This document shows positions 42,471-54,870 of a stretch of DNA of 64,000 nt, piece by piece. A program made the position numbers and the translations under genes. The stretch's first letter is position 1. Each line of letters starts with the position of its first letter. The notes below the pieces were generated by a model. That model had not been told where the DNA came from, made no database searches, and worked only from the letters and a program-made list of their open reading frames with translations. Origin of the DNA: an uncultured delta proteobacterium. GTDB lineage: Bacteria > Myxococcota > Myxococcia > Myxococcales > Anaeromyxobacteraceae. The DNA lies in NCBI GenBank assembly GCA_963766715.1, contig CAVYBH010000007.1, positions 68,566 to 132,565 of the forward strand, written 5' to 3'.

Positions 42471-45400
42471 CTACTTGCAGGCCGGGGCGCCACCCGCCGC
42501 GGGAGAATGGCGGCAGGTGTGCAGTCCACGGGGAACGTCCAGGAACTCGAGCATGGCGGCCGGATCGACCACTCCACCCGCCGAGACGTTCTTGGCGCCG
42601 ATCTCCGGTGTTGACCGAGGTCATGCCCACCTGCACCTGCCCCTTCTGGTTGATGAAGATGGTGTACTGGGGCGCAGGCGGGGGCACCAGGGCCACGGCC
42701 GCCGTGGACCGGATCGGGATCGCCTCCGGCGTCAGCGCGCAGAGGCCGCCGGTCGTCACGTCCGCCCCGTACAGGTAGTGGATGCGGCGGTTCAGTTGCT
42801 TGCAGTTGGAGACGAAGCAGTTCCCGGTCGCGGTGGCCGCCGACGTGGTCTGGGTCGTGTTCCACAGGACGCAGTTCGCAGCCACCGCCGACGGGGAGGA
42901 GACGCGCTCGTCTCGCCTGGACGACGGTATAGGCGTCGTATCGATGGTCACCGTGGGCGTGTGGTTGAAGTTGAGCACCCACCCGTCGTCCCCGGGCCCG
43001 AGAACGTCGTCGGGGCCACGCTGGCGCCGTCGATGGAGACCAGGTCGGTGTCCACCAGCCTGGCGGCGTCGTAGTCGATCGCCTCGGAGGGGGTGGTGAA
43101 GAGCGCCCGAGCCCCGTGGGCTCGAACACCCGGATGGAGAAGAACTTGTTGATCTGGGTGGGATCCGTCGAGGCGCCGAGGAGAAGCGTCGACCCGGTGG
43201 TCGGCGTCGTCCCCCACGCCAGCTTGCAGCCGTAGCCCGGGCCCCCTGGATGCACCCCACCTGGATGTCCTTGGTCGTTTTCGGAGCGCTCGCTCCCGAG
43301 CCACACGTGATCACCACCTTGCCCTTTCCGGTGATGGTGCACGTCGTCGAGGTCGCGAGGGAGTCGGTGAAGGTGGTCGCGGAGCAATCGGTCGCGGCGA
43401 GACCCGGCTGCCTGTCGCCCAGATCGGCGACGGTCAGCCGGTTGGAGGAGCCATCGAGCGCGACGGAACAGCCGCGCTGGATGCAGGCGCGGATGTTGTC
43501 CGGTCCGCACGTACCGCCCGACTGGTCGAGGAGGTTGTAGCGGTCTCCCGTTCCCGCCAGGAACCGAAGGGTACCGTCGGCGGGCAGTGCCACGTTGGCG
43601 GAGATGTAGAAGAAGGGCTCGTTCGTGCAGAGGAGGCACGGGCCCTTGCCCCCCATCTGGAAGACCCGGGCTCCCAGCCAGTTGGTGGCCAGCTTCGTCG
43701 AGCTGTCGAGGATGGCCGGGTCGTTGAAACGGAGGACCCAGACCTGACCGCCGGCGTCGCCGAACGTCGCGGTGTCGAAGTAGCCGTCGTTGGCGAAGCT
43801 CGCCAGGTTTCGCGGCGCCTTGCCCCACTGGAGCATGGCGACGGTCGCCGGCACGGGGTACTCGCAGCCCCCACCGGGGATCGTGGGGCCGCTCGATCCC
43901 GGAACTGGAACCCGGGTAGCTGAAGTCGAAGAGCTCCTGTCCCGTCCAGACGTCCACCATGTGGACGCCGCGTCCCTTCAGGTACTGCGGGTCGAAGCCG
44001 CCGGAGAGGAACGCGACCCAGCGCTCGTGGTAGGGGACGGCGGTTCCCGTGCGCGCGTCGACCGTGGTCGGGGTGCTGGCGATGACCACGCCGGAGGTCG
44101 AGTCGGCCTTCACGCGGACCGGGCCGATCGGGGGCGGGGTGGGCAGGAAGTCGGAGTATCCCTCTCCCGAGGCAGCAGTCGCGGGTCGTCGGGCTGCGGG
44201 TAGATCCAGAGGAACTTGGGCGGCGCGTAGCTCCGACTCGCTCGGCTGCCGGAAGGCATCGGTGATGTCGAGGCGCGAAGTGGTGGACCCCTCCCCGCCG
44301 CTCGTTCATGATCGCGACGGTGTGGAACTCCCAGGGCTGCTTCTTGTCGTCGACGGGGCGTGGCCGAGGAGCGAGCGTGTTGGCCGTCCCGTCCACCCAG
44401 ACGTCGCGGACCATGGGGGTGCCGTCCACGAAGAGGTAGTGGGTCGTGCCCGCCAGGAGGTGCAGCTTGGCGAGCTGGTCGGGCGGCACGAAGGCCCAGA
44501 GCTCGTCGCCGGAGTTGTCCCGCTCGTAGTAGCCCTCGAAGGGCGGCTTCGACTCGTTGAGGCCCGGTGGTGAGCGGGTCGTCCGCGCCGGCCAGCCACC
44601 GGCCGCCGTTGAAGGCGTGGAGCATCCCGTCGTTCGCTCCCACGAGGACCACCTTGCGCCGGGTCTGGTAGGCCGCGCTCTTGGAGTAGCCGTCGTAGGC
44701 GTTGCCGGTGGCGACGTCGTTCACCACCGGCGTGGCCCAGAGGGAGGGGATGCACTGCCGGGAAAGACCGCGGGCGCAGAGCACGCCGTCGGAAGGCAGC
44801 GGGGGGTCGACCACCACCGGCGAGGAGTGGAAGATGTCTCCCAGCTTCCAGTCGCGGTCCAGGAGCCCGGTTGACCGTCCCCGACGGGTGAGGTCGGGCT
44901 CGCGCGCGGCGGGATACTCGGTGCCGGTCCTGTCCTTCGAGTTGAAGACGTCGGCGCCCAGCACGAAGCGGATGACTCCTGGGCGCAGGCGACCGAGGGT
45001 GGTGTCGGCGAGGATGGCATCCCTGGTGTCCACGTCGCCGGCGAACGCGATGTCCGCCGCGAGTTGTGCGCAGACGTTGGTCCCCACCAGGTTCATGTAG
45101 GGGAGGAGCCTGGTGGCGACCGTCGTCGGTCGGCCTCAGCAGCCGGGAGGTCGGCGTCGGCTCCGTCGATCTTCCCGTCGCCGTTGACGTCGATGCACGG
45201 TGTACACGCGGCGAGCCTTCCAGTCCGCTGGCTTCAGCAGCTCGCCGGCGTCCCACCACGGCGTCGCGTCGGCGCCCCCGGCCATCGCCGCAGCTCCCGG
45301 CTCCGCACCGGCTCTCGCTGCACGACGGCAGGTTGGGCTCGTTCACCTTGAAGCTGCCGGTGCCGTCCTCCTGGATGAAGTTCCCCACCTTGTCCTGGAG

Positions 45401-47382
45401 GAAGACGCCGCCGCAGGTGCCGTCGCAGTCGAGGTCGCCCGTCCCGCCCGGCGGTGCAGTCGTTCACGAACTCCGAGTAGAGCTCGAAGCGGAACAGGTG
45501 CCCCTTCCAGAACGGCCCCTCGGCCGGGTCGAAGCGGGGCACGATGACCGAGTGACCGGCCTGCGACTGGAGGGTGGAGAGGGTCGCGACGCTGAACGAG
45601 GTCGACCGGGTGTTGATGGTCTCCTGGATCTGGGGCAGGGCCGCGCGCATCTCCGCGGCGTTGCTGGCCGAGACGCTGATGCCGCCGCCCGACCTTGGCG
45701 GCGTTGGCCAGGATTTGCTCTGCCCCGGCGTGAGACGTCTCGTTGAATCCGATGGCGTAGATGTCGAGGGTCTGCCGGCCGCCGTTGACTGGCAGTCCTT
45801 GGTGCTCTCGCTGTTCTCGGCGCAGGTCGAAGTTGTGGAGGTACCAGGCTCACGCGGGTGAAGTTGTTCTTCCAGTCCTCGGCGGCCGGTGAAGGAGGCG
45901 CACTCGGGGCAGTCGGTCGTGGAGATTCCCCCGGCTCCCGAGGTGCAGCCGGGCATGACGCCCGTGGCCGGGTCGCCGGCATAGTTCCCGGCCTTGGCCT
46001 GCGGCCAGGGTCGTCAGGCCGGTCCCGGAGGGAAGCTGCGCGGTCGCTGCTGGCGCACCCGTCGTCGCTCGTGCTTGGGGACGCCGTCGGTGACCACGAT
46101 GACGCTGGAGACCTGGCAGGAGTAGCAGATCGGGTACTGCTCGGCGGTGTTGCCGGGGCGTTGGCCCAGGATTCGGGTTCGCCCAGTTGTCGCCGAACCA
46201 GGGCAGCTGCCGACGAGTGGTAGTAGTTGCCCACGTCGAGCAGGGCGCTCGCGCCAGCGGCGTGCCCGCCGTCGAAGGAGATGGCGTCCAGCTTGTTCAT
46301 GTAGGTGCGCGGTTGCTGTCGCAGCTCGAGTCGGGCTGCGTGCAGGTGGGGCTGAACGCTGGACCACCTGCCCCTTGTTCCCGCTGAACGTCGCGATGGC
46401 GGCGCGCACCTTCGAGAAGCTCATGATGGTGTCCTTCAGCACCTTGCGGGCGACGAGGAACTTCGGGGGGAAGAAGTTGAGATAGTTCCCCGTGTACCAG
46501 AGGCTCGGGTAGCTGGACGTGATCGCGTCCATCGAGAGCGGGCCGAGCACCCGTCCGTCGTAGAACCATCCCTGGTGTTGAGGACTGATGCACGAGTGGC
46601 ACTGAGTCCCGTGCCTGGGTGGCGGGATATCCTGGCCGTCAGGTCGGCGCAGAAGGTGTCCACCGTGGCGATGGCGTTCGACGACGGTCCGGTACGGGTA
46701 GACCGCGCTCCCGGTCCCAGCCGTCGCCGGTCGGCTTGGTGTTCCAGACGTAGGTCCCGGCGTCGACCGACGGGTCGTGGAACACCATGCCAGCTGTCGA
46801 AGAAGTTGACGCTTGCCGCCGGGCAGGTCGTCCTTGCTGCCGTTCGACCCGCAGTACCAGTCGGGGTCGTACCCGTTGGCGCCGGAGAGGGCCTTGGCCC
46901 CGTTGACCACGTACGGGCAGACGCTCGCCTCGCTCGGCGTAGTCCTGGACGCATCGAAGGGCGAGCCGATGCAGCGCTCGGCGGTGACGTCGCCCCGCAG
47001 GGAGAGGAGTAGACGCGGTTCGCCACCGCCTCGAGCGCGGTCCCTGAGGCCCGGCGAGGCGCTGGAGGTCCGTCAGCCCGCAGCCGATGACCCCGGTGGC
47101 CGGGAGCGTCCCGCCCAGGAAGCCCGGCCCGTTGGGCGGGAGCCGGCTCATCGAGCCCGAGTCGTCGAGCACGATCATGATGTTCGGGCACGCCGCCCGA
47201 CTGGGTGAAGAACTCGACGTCCTCCGCCTTGGGCGGGTTGATCATGGCGTCCATGTAGCTGCCGGCGTAGAGGCCGTAGGCGGCCGGTGGCTGCAGGTCG
47301 CGGCGTAGGCCAGGCCCCCGCGCCGCCCGGCGATCACCGCGCGGCGGCGGCGAGGCGGATCAGGACTTTCGACATGGGTCAT
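42471..47382 (-). CDS. pilY1: PilY1 tip adhesin (vWA-like N-terminus + beta-propeller), heavily frameshifted
   Basis: IVLDDSGSM MIDAS, VVTDG, KLGDIFHSSPVVV, VGANDGMLHAFN, ELWAFVP, FVDGTPMVRDV. Confidence 0.85.
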
Positions 47383-47390
47383 GGTCTCTC

Positions 47391-47897
47391 CTAGAAGGCG
47401 AAGCGGACGGCGAGCTCGACCTCGTAAGGTCGCCGTAGCGGGTCGATGCAGCGGGCCACGACGCGGTTGACGTGCCGATGGGGACGGTGGCGCCGCCCGA
47501 GTTGGAGCAGGTTCGCCGCCTTGGGAAGCGCCGGCCTCCGGCGCCGTCCGGCAACGACCAGGGTCACGTCCTGGACCGCGCAGTCCCGTGCGGTCGCCGC
47601 CGTGTCGTAGTGGGCTGGGCGCCGCCAGCCGCGAGCCGTCGGGGAGGGTCATCTCGGTGACGCCCCGCGTGCCCGGTCAGGTAGCCGGGGCCGTACATCG
47701 CGATCTCGGCCCAGATCTTGGCCTGGGCGGCGCGGGCGCACGCCACCAGCCGGTCGTACTTCGACTTGGCGAACGCGTTCTCCCGTTCCCGCGAGGAGGC
47801 CACGACCGCCCCCACGCCGAGGATCGTGAGCACGGTGAGGAGGATGACGGTGAGCAGCAGTAGAGCCGCCGGTCTTCGCCTCGTGGAGTCGTCGCAT
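47391..47897 (-). CDS. pilX: PilX-like minor pilin (frameshifted)
   Basis: Hydrophobic N-terminal helix without Glu5, ACARAA, ends ELAVRFAF; lies between pilW and pilY1. Confidence 0.65.
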
Positions 47898-47915
47898 CGA
47901 GTGGCTCCTCGCCGG

Positions 47916-49183
47916 TCAGAAGTAGGTCAGCCCGCCCGACAGTCATGTTGGGCACCTGGATGGTCGTCTCGAAGAGGGCGCGCTGGTAGCCGTCCCGGCC
48001 CGCCACCTGCCGGCTCGTGATCCAGGCTCGGCTGGCAGGCTGGTTGAACGGCAGGAACGTGTCCCCTGCGAGGTGCGGTCGGTTCCGGGCGAGCGGGACA
48101 CGAGGGCGACCCGGATGGCCACGATGTTCGCCTGGTGGTCGGTGAGCCGCTGGAGCCGGCGCCGGAGGCCGTAGGAGCCGTAGAAGCTGGAGGGGCCGTA
48201 GACCGACTGGCCGCCGCCGGCGCGCCTCCCGGGAAGAGCGTGGTGGTGATCGGGTTGGCCACGTGGTCATCCCGGCCGCCCCGATGAAGGCGATCGGGCC
48301 GGTGCAGCCCGGCCACCGGCGTCGGGCAGGCGCCGAGTTGGCGAAGACGTAGCGCGACCTGGAGGTCCTCGACCCCTTCGGCGACCACCAGCTCGTCGTT
48401 CTCGTCGATCACCCCGTCCCGTTCCGGTCGATGCCCTGGTCGAGCATCAGGTAGGGGATCACCTCCCCCGTCGCGTCGTCACCGGGCGTACGTGGAACCG
48501 GTATCGGTCGACCAGGAAGAGCCGCGCCGTGCCAGCGGAGAAGCAGGCGGCCGTTGTTGCCTGGCGCGACCGTCGAGGTCGGGCCGGTTGAACGGGTCCG
48601 AGGCGGATCGACCCCTGGACCGCAGCGTTCAATTGACCGGCCCCGCCGAGTCGACGGCACGCCCGCGGCGACCGTGGCGAAGGCGTAGAAGTTCCCTCCC
48701 CGGCAGACCGCGAGCACCACCTGGCCGCGCGGAACGTGTCGCCTGCGCGGGCGGCGATCGTGACCGACGTGGCGGTGCGGGGCCGCACGATGGTCCAGGC
48801 GCGCTCCCGGACGGCTCGACGAGGTTGCCATCCCCGGGCACCCAGTAGGCCGGGTTCCGGGCGTAGAAGACGAGCTCGTCGGAGTTGGCCGACCGAATCC
48901 CGAGGACACCCCGACATCTCGGCGGGGCACGTACCGGCGACCGCCCGAAGTCGAAGGCGAAGCACCGGGTCGACGCCGAACCGGCCAGGGCGAGGCGCCG
49001 CTCCAGGAAGAGCATCGCGTCCGCCCCTGGGCCTGGGCGATGCGCTGGCGCGCACCCGTGGCGGTGGCCCGCCCTGGACGGTGCCGGCCATCACGACGCC
49101 GGTCGACCACCAGCGCCAGGATGGCGCTGCGATCATCGAGCTCGATCAGCGTGAAGCCTCTGGACTGCGCCGGGCCGGGTCAT
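47916..49183 (-). CDS. pilW: PilW-like minor pilin (heavily frameshifted)
   Basis: GFTLIEL remnant, LERRLALAG, VVAEGVEDLQV. Confidence 0.7.
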
Positions 49184-49745
49184 TTGAATGCCGCCGCGTT
49201 GGCGATGCGGCTCCCGCGTTCCCCATGAAGCCGTAGTAGACGACCTCGTAACGGGATGGAGCTCGAACGCTCGTGGAAGACGACCGAGACCGCAATCAGC
49301 CTTGCCGCCGGCTCGCGACCGCTGACGTCGGCGTAGCTCCAGACCGTCCAGCGCCTCTTGAACGTGGGGGTTCCGTCCGGGTCCCTCTCGGTGATCTCGG
49401 AGTCGAGGCGGACGCCAGGAACCGGCGTGGCGTCGTCCCAGGTGTAGAAGCCCGCGTGGCGCCCGCCCGAGCAGATTGCCGAAGGGGCGGGCGGCGATCG
49501 GCCCGGCATGCTCCGTTCGGCGCCAGCTTCGCGTCATCCCAGCGCAGCTGCTCGAGGCCGAGCGCCAGCTCGCGCGCCACCTGGACGGCCGAGGAGTGGA
49601 CGCCGGGCGCCCTGGTTGGCGTGCAACCCGACCATCTGGAGCCGCATCAGGCCCAGGATGCCGACGAGGAGGACGACCAGGGCGACCATGATCTCGATGA
49701 GCGTGAAGCCGCGCGCCGTCGCGAGCCGGGAATGGGTTTGGTCAT
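49180..49745 (-). CDS. pilV: PilV-like minor pilin (frameshifted)
   Basis: RGFTLIEIMVALVVLLVGILGLM; LEQLR; FKRRWTV. Confidence 0.7.
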
Positions 49746-50386
49746 GGCACGTAGCTCTTCACGACGCCGGTGGGGAAACCCAGGACGAAGCCGCGGCGCT
49801 TGGCCCCGGCCGAGGTCCCGGTGTCCTCGTCGTCGGCGAGGACGAAGCCGAAGCCGGGCGCGCCCGAGTCGCCGCCGTCTGGCGCCTCACCCCACACCTC
49901 GCCGTCGCCGGTGAACCGGACGGCGAAGCAGGGGACCCCGCCGCACGTGCTGAGCATCCGGGCGTCGTAGAGACGTGCCGCCTGGAGGGGTGCCGGTGCC
50001 GGAGTCGCCGCCCCGGTCAGGAGGCGCGTCCGGATGGGACAGGTCGACCTCGTCGAAGGAGTCGGCCTGAACCCCTGGCCTCGTCCAATCGAACCCGGAC
50101 AGCTTCCATGTGGCCCGGGATTGTTGAGGACGTAGGTGCGGATCGGGTTGCTGCGCCCTCTCGGCCCAGGAAGACGAAGACCCGATCCCGGCCATCCGTC
50201 AGCGCGTTTCCCGGGAGGCCGGCCAGACGGATCGCCAGGTCGTCGCTCGCGGCGTCGACGTTGGCGTTTCGCACGGCCCATGCGCGAGAGCGCGATCGTC
50301 GTGGCCGCCAGGATCCCGATGACGGCGAGGGTGACCGCCAGCTCGACGAGCGTGAATCCAGCTTGTATCGGCTTCCGGGTTGCCAA
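49742..50386 (-). CDS. fimU: FimU/FimT-like minor pilin (frameshifted)
   Basis: AGFTLVELAVTLAVIGILAA; TTG start after GGAGG. Confidence 0.7.
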   Translation of the reverse strand: MATRKPIQAGFTLVELAVTLAVIGILAATTIALSRMGRAKRQRRRRERRPGDPSGRPPGKRADGWPGSGLRLPGPRGRSNPIRTYVLNNPGPHGSCPGSIGRGQGFRPTPSTRSTCPIRTRLLTGAATPAPAPLQAARLYDARMLSTCGGVPCFAVRFTGDGEVWGEAPDGGDSGAPGFGFVLADDEDTGTSAGAKRRGFVLGFPTGVVKSYVP

Positions 50387-50542
50387 GGGTCTCCTCCAGG
50401 GCCAGATGGCTGCAAGATCGATGCTGGTCGTCTCGGCGAGAACCAGGCCGGATCCCAGGTGCTTGGCGTCATGTGTCCGGGTGCCCACATGCAACGATTT
50501 CACACCCTGGACACAACTTTCATCCCACCCCGTGAGGCCCCT

Positions 50543-51916
<1,374 letters not shown>

Positions 51917-51924
51917 CTCCGCTC

Positions 51925-53529
51925 CTATCCGTTGGGCGGGAGCCGGACCACGAAGCGCGCGCCACCGGCGCCCCCGGCGCCCGCGACGACGGTTCCGTGG
52001 TGGGCGTCGACGATCCGCTGGACCGTCGCGAGCCCGAGCCCGCTCCCGCGTTCCTTGGTGGTGAAGAAGGGGGTGAAGAGCCGGGGGAGGTCCTGCGCGG
52101 GGATGCCCGCGCCGTCGTCCTCGACCTCCAGCCGCGCCCAGCCCTGGGGCTCGGAGGCCGTCCGGATCGTGACGCAGCCCTTGCCTCCCGAGGCCGCGTG
52201 ATTCCAGCGGGCGGCGTGCGCCGCGTTCGCGAGCAGGTTCCAGAGCACCTGTCTCATGAGATCGGCGTCGCACCTGCACTCGGCGACGCCCAGGTCCTGC
52301 TCGATCCGGATGCTGGCGGCGGCCGGATCGTTGGCGAAGACCTCGAGCGTGTCGGCTGCCAGGCGCGCCAGGTCGGTCGTGCTCCGCCGCGGCACGGTCG
52401 GGCGCGCGTACTCCAGGAAGCGGGTGACCAGGTCGTTCAGCCGGGCGGCCTCCCGGGTCACGATGTCCATGAGCCGCGCCTCCTCCGGCGCGAGCTCGAG
52501 CCCGCCCCGCAGGAGCTCGATCGATCCGGACATGGCGGCCACCGGGTTCCGGAGCTCGTGGGCCAGGCCCGCCGCCACCCGCCCGATGTCGGCCAGCCGC
52601 TCGCTGCGCTGGACGCGCTCCTCCATGGCTCGCAGGCCGGAGAGGTCCTGGAAGATGACGGCGCGGCCGATGGGCTGGTCGTCGCGGCCCCGCAGCGCGA
52701 AGTGGGTGTAGCCGAGGCGGAGCCGCTCGCCCCTGGCGGTCTCGAAGTCGGTCTCGTCGCGGCCGGTCTGCTCCTGCAGGGACGAGAACCAGCGGCCGGC
52801 GGGCTGGCCGCGAACCTCCTCGGCGGAGAGGCCGGTGATCTGCTCGCCGGCGCGGTTCAGGAAGGTGATCCGGTCTTCGGCGTCGAGCGTCAGGAGTCCG
52901 CTCGCCACCGACTGCACGATGGCCTCCTGCAGCGCGGTCACGGCGGCCAGGTCGGACTGGCTCGCCTCCAGCCTCTCCCCGGTGCGCCGCAGCTGCTCGG
53001 CCAGGTAGGTCGCGAGCGCCGCCGAGGCCAGGAAGGCGCCGCCGTGGGCGAAGAGGGTGAGCACCGGGGGCTGGCCTGGGGCCGCCAGCAGCAGGGTCGG
53101 CACGTAGGCCGTGAGCGAGAGCAGGAGCGCGCCCGCGGCGCCCACCCGGAAGAGGAGGAGCGCTCCCTCGACGATCGCCAGCGAATACATGAAGACGAAG
53201 ACGCTGTCGTTCCACCCGGTGATGGCCACGACCGCGGTGGCGATGACGACGTCGGCGGTGATCTGCGCCCAGGCGAGACCCCGGAGCCAGCGTCCGCTCG
53301 CGAGCCAGACCCCGAAGCCGAGCGACGCCGCGAAGGTCCCGAGCACGATGACGTAGAGGGCGTTGGCCAGCGGGGGGCTGGCGCCGCCGGCGCGCGCCTG
53401 CCACGCCGCCGTGCCGCCGAGCAGCACCGTGTCGAGCACGAGCCGGAACAGGATGACCCAGGCGAGCTTGCGCCTGACCGGATCGGCCATCCACCCCGTC
53501 GCGGGGGCCACGCCCTGCGCCGGCGCCAT
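51925..53529 (-). CDS. pilS: Sensor histidine kinase PilS
   Basis: TM sensor, PAS (LNRAGEQITG), AHELRNP, FTPFFTTK. Confidence 0.9.
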   Translation of the reverse strand: MAPAQGVAPATGWMADPVRRKLAWVILFRLVLDTVLLGGTAAWQARAGGASPPLANALYVIVLGTFAASLGFGVWLASGRWLRGLAWAQITADVVIATAVVAITGWNDSVFVFMYSLAIVEGALLLFRVGAAGALLLSLTAYVPTLLLAAPGQPPVLTLFAHGGAFLASAALATYLAEQLRRTGERLEASQSDLAAVTALQEAIVQSVASGLLTLDAEDRITFLNRAGEQITGLSAEEVRGQPAGRWFSSLQEQTGRDETDFETARGERLRLGYTHFALRGRDDQPIGRAVIFQDLSGLRAMEERVQRSERLADIGRVAAGLAHELRNPVAAMSGSIELLRGGLELAPEEARLMDIVTREAARLNDLVTRFLEYARPTVPRRSTTDLARLAADTLEVFANDPAAASIRIEQDLGVAECRCDADLMRQVLWNLLANAAHAARWNHAASGGKGCVTIRTASEPQGWARLEVEDDGAGIPAQDLPRLFTPFFTTKERGSGLGLATVQRIVDAHHGTVVAGAGGAGGARFVVRLPPNG

Positions 53530-53534
53530 GGTGC

Positions 53535-54799
53535 CTACTTGATGTTCCCGGCGATGCTGAAGATGGGGAGGTACATGGCCACGAGGAAGCCACCCACCAC
53601 GCCGCCCAGGAAGACCATCATGATCGGCTCGATCATGCTGGTGAGCGCGCCGACCGCCACGTCGACCTCGTCGTCGTAGAAGTCGGCGATCTTGGCGAGC
53701 ATCTGATCCATCGCGCCGGTGGCCTCGCCCACGCCGATCATCTGCACCACCATGGGCGGGAAGACCTTGGTCTCGGCCAGCGGACCGGCGATGTTCTTGC
53801 CCTCGGCGATGCGGGCGCGGACCGTGAGGATGGCCTTCTCGATCACCTTGTTGCCGGCCGACTTGGCGACGATCTCCAGCGCGTCGAGGATGGGCACGCC
53901 GGAGGAGAGCATGGTGCCGAGGGTCCGCGAGAAGCGGGCCACGGCGATCTTGCGCACCAGCGGCCCGATCACCGGGACCTTGAGGACGAAGGCGTCCCAC
54001 TGGCGCCGACCGGACGTCGGAGGCTGACCCAGGCCCGCCAGGCGACCACCAGCGCGACCGGGACCCCGAAGAGCAGGTACCAGTAGCTGGTCATGAAGTG
54101 CGACAGGTCGATGAGGAACTGGGTGGGCGCCGGCATGGCGCCGCCGAAGTCCTTGAACATCTTCTCGAAGGTCGGCGTGACGAACATGAGGAGGACGACG
54201 GTCACGGCCACCGCCACGATGAGCACGATCGACGGGTAGACCATCGCGCCCTTCACGCGGCGCATCAGCTTCTCGTTCTTCTCGATGTAGGCGCCGAGGC
54301 GCTGCAGGATGGTGTCGAGGATGCCGCCGATCTCGCCGGCGCGGACCAGCTGGACGAAGAGCTCGTCGAAGACCTTGGGGTGCTGGGCGAGGGCGTCGGC
54401 GAAGGTCGAGCCCGACTCCACGCGGACCTTCACGTCCATGAGCACGCGCCGGAACTCGTGGTTGTCGGCCTGCGTGGCGATGATCTCCAGCCCCTGCACC
54501 AGCGGCAGGCCGGCGTCGATCATGACCGAGAACTGGCGGGTGAAGACCAGGATGTCCTTGGTCGTGACCCCGCCGAACCCGGGGATCTTGATGTGGATCT
54601 CCCTGGGCTTCCGCTTCACCCGGGTGGGCTCGAGCCCCATCTGCGAGAGACGCGCCTTCACGGCTGCGTCGTCGGCGGCCTCCATCTCCCCGCCGCGGAC
54701 CTCGCCCTGACGGGTCTTCGCCTCCCACTTCCAGACCGGGAGCTTCCGCACCGCCGGTGCGTTCTTGGTCGCGACCTTGGTGGCTGCTGCCTGTGCCAT
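53535..54799 (-). CDS. pilC: Pilus platform protein PilC (frameshift near 54020)
   Basis: FTRQFSVMIDAGLPL, AGEIGGILD, GEATGAMD, AMYLPIF. Confidence 0.94.
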
Positions 54800-54829
54800 G
54801 AGTCCCCTCACTCCGCGCTGCGTCCCCCG

Positions 54830-54858
54830 ATTCTAGGACATGGAAGCCGTTGCTCCAA
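54830..54858 (-). promoter_or_regulatory. Candidate sigma70 promoter for pilC-pilS-pilR
   Basis: TTGGAG-N17-TAGAAT. Confidence 0.5.
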
Positions 54859-54870
54859 TCCCACCTTCCC

